Shown here piece after piece: positions 53,821-64,000 of a DNA stretch of 64,000 nt; position 1 is the stretch's first letter; every line of letters starts with the position of its first letter. This DNA is from Nymphaea colorata (lineage: Eukaryota). The notes under the pieces were generated by a model. That model worked only from the letters and a program-made list of their open reading frames with translations, made no database searches and had not been told where the DNA came from. The DNA lies in NCBI RefSeq assembly GCF_008831285.2, contig NC_045138.2, positions 11,842,001 through 11,906,000 on the forward strand, read 5' to 3'. Both the position numbers and the translations under genes were made by a program.

Positions 53821-56800
53821 CCGCATGTGTGTACGGCCGTACCCCGCACCCAAATTTTTTGAAAATGGTCCATACTCGCACCGGTACCCGTACCCGTGCC
53901 TATGTGACATAGGGGAATTCCAACCCATGGTCTTACATGCTCATGGTGCTTTGATTAGTGTCATCTAGATATCTGTAGTTTGGGAACATGGGTTTCATCA
54001 CAGACCTGTATCTATTCTGACCAATCTAGTCCACATAAAATTTAGAAGAATGTTTGTGACATCCAGATTGGTTGATAGTCAGTGGATGTGGACTTGGTAT
54101 ATCTAGATTAGTCAAATTTTCCGACATAAAAATACCATAATCACCTTTAAGTCTGGTATGAATTTTGGCATTTTATTCACCCTGAGTTCAACCTGCTGAT
54201 GCTCCTAGGTTCTGTGAGGCATGTCTTTGAAGCGAAACTACCTTCTTTTGTATGTTCAGAATTAATCTTTTAGGAACTTGTGCTACTACTTGTTATTGTG
54301 GTAATTGAGTATCTTCCTGGTTCTTCATTTTGATAGGCTTGGTCCGATGGATATGGAATTGAAGCAACGAAAGGCTGTAGTTCATAGAAAAAGAACACGG
54401 CCCACAACCAGCACAAGGCCAGAGGAGGTTTGTTTTATCTAATTTGCAGTTTTCAAATACCAGGGTCATGTTTGTAGTGCAAAATATGTGTGGTTGATTC
54501 TGTATTTCTTTGGCATAATTTGATTTTGTCAGCATGGTCAGGTATTAAAGGTCTTTATGTATACTTGAAGTTGAATGATTAGATGATTAGTAGCAAGAAT
54601 TCTTGGCATCTTAAGTGCTAAAATTCCAGAGGTATCTCTTCCTCTTTGTTTTGCCTCCACGGAAGCTAAACATAAACAGTGAACTTGATAGCATAGAAAT
54701 GACAAAAAACAGCATGATCTGCCAAGTCTCTATGAGCCGAGGAGTACCATATATCATACAATTGAAAGTGCCAAAGGGCTTGCCTCTAATAATAATCCTT
54801 TTATGTAATTATCAGGTTATTCCTTCTCACTTTTTGTCATTTAGTGCTGAATCTCTATTGCAAACTCAGCATCTCAAGCTTGTTTTCCCTGAGCTACTAT
54901 ATGAAATGAGTAGCATGGTGTATGCTATTTGTAGCTCTTTTTTATAGTTTTGAAATTTCATTCAGCAAAACTGGCACAGGTGGAGGAGACTGTTGCAGAG
55001 CAGAAAAGTGACACTGATAAGAACATGTTAACCATGTTTGATATCTTGAAGAAGCAAAGGCGTGTCCGCCTTGAGAATTTGGTGTTGAACAGAAGCTCTT
55101 TCTCGGAGACAGTGGAGAACATATTTGCATTATCATTTCTTGTCAAAGATGGTAGAGCTGAAATTGCTTTGGATGACAATCATCATCACTTTGTGTGTAA
55201 GAATTTACCACTACTTCCTGTTACAAGCTGTTTTGAATTTGTTCTTCAGTATTAATATCTCGTGATTGACAGTGCCAAGAAATGCTCCTGCTGCAAACAT
55301 GGTCACCAGTGGGGAGGTTTCTTACAGCCATTTTGTCCTTAGGTTTGACTTTAAGGATTGGAAGGTACATATCTTTCTCCCTTATGATTATGAGAAACTT
55401 GTCCCTTTGTGTGTGTAGTTTGGGTGCTTATATGTAATTTCAGTGAAATTACATATGCTTAACTGAAGGGGGAATTTGGTTGATGACTCTTACGAAGTTT
55501 GGGCAAATAAAGATGGCTGAACTGAATATGCTACTAAAAAAGGATTAGAAGGCGACATCATAGCAGAATTCATCACTCCCTTTAATTGGCTGAGAAGATA
55601 GATACCACTTTCTTTATGGCCTCCTACAATCCTCTTGTCAGTAAATCATGAAAAGTGCAACATATATGGTCAAAGATCATTTGACAAGTTAGCACTTTAG
55701 TAATAATACAACTAACACAACATTATGGGGTTCCTTAAAAGGCTTTATCGGTGAAAAATTATGTCAATTTCTGCAAAGATGTCTAGAGGCATCCACATGT
55801 ATAATTCGTCTGTTATATTTTTACGAGTTATGACACCACCTACAGAACGTGCAACATTAGCCATGGGAGAAGCACTAGAGAGCGGTGGCACCGTAACTCA
55901 TCATACTTTGTATGGTGGAGAGTGATATTCTCGTTGGTAGAGGTAGGAGACTTTGCTTCTGACTCAACAACCTGGGCCTTAGGAGTAAGTTGTAGCACTT
56001 CTATTTAAGGTCTATCAGCATAAAGGTTTATTAATATTCAACCTTTCAAAGGCAGATTTGACAGAGGCATAGTGTTGAGCTAACGCCTGATCTCCTTTTT
56101 GCAACTGATAAATTTTCTGCTCAACTTGTAAAATGCAACTCACATTTGTCTCATGCGAACAAGTATCACAATGATTATTCCACATTTGTTTTGTATTCGT
56201 ATAATAAATAAGTCCGTGTGCACTGTGCATGTGTGCTCGGTTCTTCATCCATACATAACCATGTAATTGTCCTCTTCCAAATGGCATATTTTCCAGGTTT
56301 TTCTGCATGCTTTGCTTCACTAGAATATCGATGGCCAGGCATTGACATCATAAATGTAGTGAGACCATCTAGCATAACTCTTATCATCTAATTTATAGAG
56401 GATCCATATGCAAAAGAGGTTATAAGGCATTGTATTCACCAACAACTTCGGCCTTCTTTTCACTGCCACAATCATGGGTATCTGCCATGATAGAAAAAAA
56501 GTAAACTCCAGAACTAGCACTCCCCCATCTGATTACACCTATTTCAAGTAATCAGGTATTAATCAACAGAACATGCCAGAACCAAGGAGATCAGATTGAT
56601 ATGACTTCTGATGTGTTATATAACCACATTATATAACCAGCATAGCAGGCTAAAGAAAAGTCTCTATTGATGACAGAATGCATATATGGCTGCACCAATT
56701 TCATCGTTTGTACTTTCCAACTTCTGGACTATAATCTAGAGAGCAGGAGATATCCATGAATTCGGCATGCTATAATTAAAATAAGAGTATAAGTTTGATT

Positions 56801-58232
56801 TAAAGGTAACCAGTTCTGATCCAAAAGAAATTTCATCAACAACACAGACAAATTAGATCTGGTTATAAACTGATAATCAGATTCTGTGTTTCTTAAAACT
56901 TTTTCAACATCACTCAGCTCACCAACCAAAACAGATCAAGCCACTCCTTACGTATTTATATAGCATCTGTATGTGCATGAGTGCAGTTGCATAATTCAAT
57001 TTATTTATTAGAAATTAAGAGGAGGTAAAAGTAAATATTTGCAAGGTGATCTTATCTTAGTATTGTTTTTAACAATCTGAACTAGAAGATCTGCTTCTCA
57101 AAGATAGAAAATGTTCAGAACTTATTTCTGTTATGCTTTTTGAGTCATATGCCTCTTGTTTTGCTGTCATCTGTTTATATTTTAGTTCTAGAAGCACTAG
57201 TCTCCCTCCCTGCCCCCCCCCCACCCACCCCCCCCCCCCCCCCCTTCACATGTCACAGTTCCATTACTACCCAATAGGCTTGGGCTGGCCATACTAATTT
57301 GGTTGGTCTGCTTGAATAAAAGTAATTAGGTTTATGAAATATAGTGTTTTCATCTAGAAAGTCTTATGTTTGGTTGAAGTCTTGTATGTATCCTGCTGTT
57401 CTATGTGCGTTGAAACTGGAGACTTGAAAATGATCAATCGAAAGAGCATATTGCTGAGGCTTTAACCTTGCTTAGTCATATTAAATATATTGGTGTTGTC
57501 TGTTGGCGAGCTATTTTGATTTCTGCATGCTCTACGGTTGGTGGGAGTTCATTGTTGTTCGGAATTGTATTGGAATCCCTAAAACCTGATGCACATAACT
57601 GATATGCTTTGGCCTGCATCAGGCTATTTCTGTTTTACTTACTCAAAAGTTACTTAATAAATATTTTCAAGTATTAGTTAAACAAAAAATTCTTATTTTT
57701 CTCAGTCCCTTACTGAATTTTTCTCAGTCCCTTACTGAGCACGCTGATAACTTCTAGACCTAGCCAATCTTAAAGGAATATAACACGGTATAACTGCTTC
57801 ATTTATTTCAGAGTTTTCTAAAACTTGAGTTTAAGATGTGCCAAAAAAGGAAAAAAATGTTCCTTTGCTGTTGATTATTGTTCTTTTCAGGGCTCAGGCA
57901 ATGGAATGTAATAGACTGAAATTGTTTAATTATTTATTGATATTTACAAACATACGACAGTAAGAATACTACTTAGCCTTCTTTCCATAGAACGGAAACT
58001 TGTATTTCTAGTGCCTTTTTATCCATGCCATCTGACGGGCTCATTAGGCTGAAATTATTGGTTTCAGTTAATTTGAACATGACACTGAAATGTTGATTCA
58101 GTTGATATTGAGAGGATCTGATTGATTAATTTCCGTTCCCAGTTAATGAAGGACCAAGTTAGGATCGGGGAAGAATTAATGCCATGCAGAACTAGGGCAA
58201 GTGCGGCAGAAACACTTGATGATGTGAGATAG
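50388..58232 (+). CDS. NSE4: Non-SMC element 4 (delta-kleisin of the SMC5/6 complex), 7 coding exons, 319 aa
   Basis: Exons 50388-50529, 50620-50700, 52534-52780, 54337-54427, 54980-55196, 55273-55364 and 58143-58232 (960 nt, GT-AG, phases consistent). Probable 5'UTR intron 49988-50375. Motifs RRVLRSRY, VQKPREQVADAEALLDI, TMLGPM, DTDKNM, SFSETVENIFALSFLVKDGRA, HFVLRFDFKDWKLM and GEELMP. Confidence 0.93.
51443..52207. mobile_element. Non-autonomous hAT element (765 bp) in NSE4 coding intron 2
   Basis: TIRs CAATGTTGTA / TACAACACTG; perfect 8-bp TSD GTTTAAAT (51435-51442 and 52208-52215); dense CGTATCG/CGATACG subterminal repeats. Confidence 0.92.
53294..53912. mobile_element. Non-autonomous hAT element (619 bp) in NSE4 coding intron 3
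   Basis: Perfect 10-bp TIRs CTATGTCACA / TGTGACATAG; 8-bp TSD GGGAATTC (53286-53293 and 53913-53920); GGGTACG/CGTACCC subterminal repeats; internal (AT)n. Confidence 0.92.
55950..56420 (-). mobile_element. Degraded Copia gag fragment in the last NSE4 intron
   Basis: Frameshifted pieces KLDDKSYARWS and LQVEQKIYQLQKGDQALAQHYASVKSAFERL resemble Copia gag N-terminal and capsid motifs. Confidence 0.6.
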
Positions 58233-61200
58233 AAACGTTCCCAACCAATACTTACCACTTCTGGAGAAGCGTACGAGAAAAAAATAGTCAGGCCACTGAA
58301 GAAACCATTTTGTAAGGGGGGAACATCAAATTTTCTCCTGAACTGGAGCTGGTGCTGCTGTGAATGTTCAGATTGGTTTTACCTGATGAACGGAATCCAT
58401 CTTTTGCTCAAAAGTTTGTAGTGAGCACCTGCAGGTATCTTGCCAAAAGGGGAGGAAAATTATTGCTTTCCTTAACTGTAGATAGTTCTGAACATAAATA
58501 CTTACCTTGCCAAGTCTGCGATATTTGGTCTCCTACCGGAGAGCTTGCATCTCTAGTATTGCTCCGGTTATCATTACACTTTTGTACACTTCTTTCCACT
58601 GCCTGTATATTCTTTTCATCTCTACTGTCAAAGCAGGACCTCAGTCAAGAGTTTGTATTGCATCATTTACAGTGCAAGTAAATCTGTAGTATGACTGAAA
58701 CTTGCGTAGGTTTTTAATCTTGGATTACCAACATACTCATAAAAGTTCGTTTAATCAACTCAGTCATCAATAACTGTGCCAGCTCTCTGAAAAAATGATG
58801 AAGGCTTTGATTTTGTAAGTGCCTTCTGTAAAAAATTCCTAGTTTCTTGTCAACATGTCATGAATCTCTCGTCTAATTATTTGTTGTTAACACATGCTTC
58901 AACAGCCGCTGGGACTGGATACTGTACAACGTGTTACTATAATGGTGCCGTGATACCACCTTGGAAGGGTTCATGGTAGAATGGTTGTTCTTGTAAGAGT
59001 GGTGCTTTGATCTTAAAAAGGTTGATGATGATTGGGGTTGTGCTTTCGTAAGGGCGTACCGGCTTAGTCACAGTAGAGCCCCACTTGACTGCAGGGGGAA
59101 AGAAATTATCTGAACCATTGTCCCTGCTTATAAAATCGGGCAGTGTATGCCAACAAAGGATTCCGGAAACCCCACTACAGTTTTGCAGCAGAATTTCTGC
59201 CAAGTATTGATTCCCACGGCGCTTTGTGGGTCGCTGCACTCACCCTGCCGTATATGTGCGCGCTCTCTCTCTCTCTCTCCCCATGTGCGTGTGTGAGGAA
59301 TTTTAAGCATATGAAGCCATTCAATCCTGCACCAAATCCATGTGCTTAATCAGTTCAATTAATTGGCAATAGTACAAGACAAGACGTGCACCTTCAGTTC
59401 ACAGTTGCTTGTTCCGATCTATTCCCAGCTTAGCTGGTATTTGGTGAACTCAAGGATTGGAACACGAAGACATCCCCAGTCTAGCTGGTATTTTGTCCAT
59501 TTTCCATTTGCTGCCACTAGCATTGTCGCATGTGGAATTTGTTTTCAAGACTAGCAAAAATCTGATTGAAGTTTACTCCCTCAACTTGTGTAAAAACTTT
59601 TGCGACCAAATTGGTTGATTGTTCTAACAATGTCATTACGGGATTGCATTCGACTTACAACCTACATTTTTTTTCGGTGAAGTGGAACTAAGTTCTTGGA
59701 TTTGGTTTCCTTACCTTAAGGGGCATAGCTGATCAATGGGCACCATGGCCCCACCCCAACTAATTGAAAAAAAAAACATTAAAAATATTAAAAAATTTTA
59801 GTTGTGCAATGTTATTTTTTAGATTTGGGTTCAGTTTGGCTCTACTTGGATCCGAGGTTGGACTGTTTGGCCTATCCCTGAAAAAAATCCTGATGCCGTC
59901 TTTGGTTGCAGCTACCCATGTCCCGAAGCAATCAAAGTAGGCCCTGAACCGTGGGAGCAAGGGGTATGTGGAGAGGCTTCGGCTTCTTGAGTATCACACT
60001 CTTGGGTTTGGCTTTTTTGAGTATTGCGTTCCACTTGAGAAGATCAATCAAGTTAGTTGGTAAACATTGACATGAAATGCATGCCTTTGAGAGCTTTTAT
60101 GTTGTGGAAGTTGGTGCATACATAAACAAGTTAGGGGCAAAGTATGTAACAGAAACTCCAGTGACCAAGCGACCTTTAAGTTCTAGAACATTCTTGTGCT
60201 CCATTACAACATTATCTTTACTGAGTTTATTGACTCTTGTATCTTGTGCAGTGGTACAGCCACATGTGTGTTTGTGTGGACAGTTGCTTACACATTCCCA
60301 AAAATCACTTTTATTTACATATAGGTGATTTCCTTTAATTGTTCCTGTGATAGTGTCCTTCATTAATTTGCTTAGTGCCCTTCATTCATCTCATTATATA
60401 TTTGAAGGGTCTAAGTTTTTTTGAATTAGAATTAGTACCCAATTTTTTTTTTCTAGCTTCGCAACTGGTCTTGTGATCTCTCAATTGATGTTGATTGAAC
60501 ACAATCTTAGATATTAGGCCTTGAACTTAAGCAATATAAGGATATAATTTTTGTGCTTTTCTGCCTTGAAGCATAAAATCCAATCGTCCAAGAATATCAA
60601 AGAATTTCTCCTTATTAAAAACTCAACAGGAAATACATAGTATTATGCTTCTTAGGTCATATCATTTGAACCCCTTCTTGCTTGTAAAGAAGCTTATGAC
60701 GGAGCATTTTGCAACATGACCTTCAAGTATATCATGATGTTTTTCACAGAAATCTACAAGACATTTGCACCAAAATAACTTGAAATATTTTAATAGGGCT
60801 CCTTAAGTCGATTGGAGATGGATGATTTTGAAGATAGAGACTTGCAAGCTCTTCATCGTATGATGTTGAGCTGCCACAATCTTCGTCTACAAGTTTTTTG
60901 GTGCATTCATGTGAAACATTGGATATGCGTTTTCTACATCTACTTTTTTCGGCAGTTATATACTCCGTTGAGGTTGTTATCACATACGTTTGCGTCATTA
61001 ATGATCTTTTAGTGTAAAAATCCATAAATGTAGCGTTGTAATATTCACAACAGTTATTAAAAAAAATCTTGGTATTGAACGGGGTTAGAGTCTTGCTATA
61101 AATATCACCAAAATGCTGTAAAATTCAGCTTTTTCTTTCATAAAATAGACACATGTGATTATAAGGTGATATCTAGAATGAAAGCCAATTGGGTGTAGAC

Positions 61201-62389
61201 CCCAAACATCTAAATGGACAAGATCTATTTTATGTTCACATCACTCAATTGTTGTCTGGAAGTTCGACCTAGACATGCAGTCAATAAACTATGCAAAATG
61301 ATAAATTATGATGAAAAAAAAAGGAAAATCAATTCCTAAGATGAAAACGGAACAGAATTGTGTATATCAATAAGGAATCGTAATAGCCTTTATAAATCAG
61401 AAATTCTAGTTATACCATTGTAATCCAAAATTATTTAGGGGATCCTCACTGTTCTGTGAAAGTGACAAGTGATCTTGAGGATGCCATGGACACAAGTCAT
61501 CGTAGACAGAACCATGTAAAAACTCCTAAGCTTCTTATGTAATCTTGTTCTTATCATTCTTGAGTAAAGATATGCAATTAAAATCCCAGCTACAACACCT
61601 TAACAGGGATAATGCCAAATCATTGGCTCATCAACTTGCTGTTGCAAAACTTGTCATGCAAATTTTGTGGGATTGCCAACATAATATTACGCCTATAAAC
61701 TTCAGCCAAGTCTAGACCAAACCTGATTTTTTTTTTTTTTGCTGGACTTCATAACTTGCACCTTATACAAGTAACCCACTTGCTTGAAACAAGAAAGCTG
61801 CCTGAATTTGAGCATGTCAGCCTCTTGTTGCTGCCATTTCTGCTAGAAAAACAATATGACGGTTGCAAAACAATTTTCAAAGAAAAGGTAGACGTGGTAG
61901 AAGTCATGGAGGATAAGGCAAAATCTGGATTTTTTTTTGGCAACAAAAAAAAAAACCCTAAGTATATCATGCTTCTTGTGGAAGGTCATCCTAACAATCA
62001 ATTGCTGATGACAACTATTCAAGAGAACGAAAAGCTTAAAAAGTGAACCGGCCCAGATTAACTTGATGGAAAAGTGAACGAAAAGCTTAAAAAGGAGAGG
62101 ACCTTATCAAGGATAACGAACAACTGAACTGCTTGTGGGTGATGAGAGAGGCTAAGACCTCCTGTAGGCTGTTGGGTATCATTCCAAGGGATGACTTGAG
62201 GGCCATTACTTCTCAACTCATTGTCATTTGATGACCTGAAATTAGAAAAGGAAAAATACAAGGGGATAATGAAATTTAGGAGAGGTGAAGAAAGAATTGG
62301 TCTCTGATTTGAGGATATATAGAGACATGCCATAGCTGATATATATATATATATATATTCACTTTTATGACCCTAGAAAAGTTGCATGC

Positions 62390-62900
62390 CAATACAAGTG
62401 AACTTTCACTGACTCATGGAGGAAACGTGAGTCAAAGTCAGTCCTAAAATAATGCGAAACTGGAAACCTCGGAGCTGGTTAGAATATAATGAGAAAAACA
62501 TCAGTAAAACCTTCTCATTTTCTATTGATAGAATGAGGAGAGTGTCAGTGTAGGGCTATAATTTCATTGACGCTAAAAGGAAGCATTAAAGTGCACTGAG
62601 ACCTTCACTGACATTCGTCCAGTGTCAGTGAAGGTTAAAAACATTACTGCTCTTTACTATGTTAACAACGTCAATTAAATGAAACTTTCAGTGACGTATC
62701 TTACATCACGTTAGTAGTCACATGTTTTCTGACGTTCACTTTATGTCAGTATATGTTTTTCATACACTTTTTTCAGAATGTCAGTAGTTTGCCATCTTGG
62801 GCAACCTTATTTGATGCCAATTGATGTTAGTAAACATTATCCTCTTTATTGACGTTTGTTTTGTGTTAGTGAAGGTGTATTTAACCGTGAAACCTTCTCG
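62390..62900 (+). mobile_element. Decayed CACTA-like transposon end
   Basis: Starts CAATACAAG (one mismatch to CACTACAAG), followed by many direct and inverted CACTGAC/GTCAGT/TGACG subterminal-type motifs. Confidence 0.45.
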
Positions 62901-63013
62901 TTCTTTCCCTCTCTCCTTTTTTGTCTTAAATCTGTCTTCCCACTTCTGCCTTCTACTGAACCTCAGCTACCACAGAAGGCCGTGCTCCCTCTGTGAGTCC
63001 TGATAGTCACAGT

Positions 63014-64000
63014 TGTAAGATCATTTGGTAGGCCGGCATATGTTTATGAGGAATTTCAGACATTATAACTGTCTTAACGTAAATATCCGCTTAAGTGATT
63101 GCATTTTGGGATATTACGTCATTTTAGATGGTATGTGGTAATTTTGAAATGTATAAATACCTGTACGCAATTACGGATTCTTTGATGGGTTGAATCCGTA
63201 ATTGCCCTTAATATAAAATGGCAGTGGTCCATGGGGTTGTGCAATGGTTGCTTGAAACGTTGGTTTTTAGGGTCTTCTTCTTCCCCATTTGATAGAGAAC
63301 TCAAGCGCGCCGCAAAGGCCCTGGAAGATCCTACCGCGATCTACCGTCCAGTTCTTCAGATGGATTCAGGTACGCTTCTGCTACAGTTAAGTTTATTTTG
63401 TTTAATTCAATGATTTAGCATGAGCATGATCCTGTTTTAGAGCATATCGTTTGTGTATGCATGAAGGGGAGAAATCCCAACAATTGCTATCAGAGCCCAT
63501 GTTCATTGTTCAATCGTTGATTTTTTGGATGATTTTGTGCGTCTCCCCATTCGGATGTTCCTTTCTTCGGCTGCAAGTATTGTTTTAAAAAAAAAAAATC
63601 TGGAAAGGGGGCGACGCTTCCATCGCGTGTGCGATGGAAGCCATCGGCTTCCGTCGCAACCGAACAAAGGGAGGAGAAACGGCCGGATTCGGCCGTTAAG
63701 ATGGGATGGGTGGGCAGCGACCGCTGGCTTCGGGCGACGGCTGGCCGCTCGCTTGCCGTGCGCCCTGCCTTCGATTTTTGAAAGGAACGGGCAGTGAGGG
63801 ACGATGGCGGGAGAAGAGGGCTTTGCCCACCTCCGTCCGGCCATGTCCAGCATCGCCGGGGAGTTCACCGTCGCCGGACGGCACCGTGCGACGCACTGGT
63901 GCCCACCCACAGCCTGCTGGTGGCTTTTGGGGGCCGCTTCAGCCGCACAAATCCTTGAAAGGGGGCCGATTTGCAATCAGGAGAAATCCAGCCGTTTTCG
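63014..64000 (+). mobile_element. 5' LTR, PBS and GC-rich leader of an LTR retrotransposon (probably Copia) continuing beyond the window
   Basis: LTR-like end ...AATCCCAACA at 63482, followed by TGCTATCAGAGCC (one mismatch to the tRNA-iMet PBS). TATAAATA at ~63152. The LTR start at 63014 (TGTAAG) is tentative. Confidence 0.65.

Noticed and set aside
60744..61025. 93-aa minus-strand ORF, possibly a transposase relic
   Set aside because: No diagnostic motif recognisable without a search.
63503..63976. 157-aa and 90-aa GC-rich ORFs at the right edge
   Set aside because: Lie directly after a PBS-like site and are better explained as retroelement leader sequence; no known domain.

Overview
Plant (angiosperm-type) nuclear genomic DNA with spliced genes, AT-rich intergenic DNA and many transposon remnants. 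Genes I can support are: the 5' part of a calcium-dependent protein kinase (minus strand, running off the left edge); a complete 9-exon NTAN1 (protein N-terminal asparagine amidohydrolase); a U-box/ARM (PUB5/6/7-like) pseudogene; an intronless, divergent type I MADS-box gene; and an NSE4 (SMC5/6 kleisin) gene with 7 coding exons. The most striking structure is 27.6-38.9 kb. An intact, very young 5,376-bp Ty1/Copia element (33531-38906, TSD GAGGG) has had its left end, plus about 2.2 kb of host DNA, tandemly duplicated as a 3,720-bp unit with an ATCTA junction microhomology. The result is three co-oriented LTRs enclosing a host U-box/ARM fragment. The element also shows a predicted EVADE-type protease-skipping intron and a palindromic pair of MSA-consensus motifs in its LTR promoter. 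Other mobile DNA includes an old degraded Copia element (6.7-10.9 kb), two non-autonomous hAT elements with 8-bp TSDs in NSE4 introns, Tourist-like MITEs, a CACTA-like end, and the 5' LTR/PBS of another LTR element at the right edge. All calls were made by eye and no database searches were run. I do not see a clearly new multi-gene system; the novelty candidates are transposon-architecture observations.
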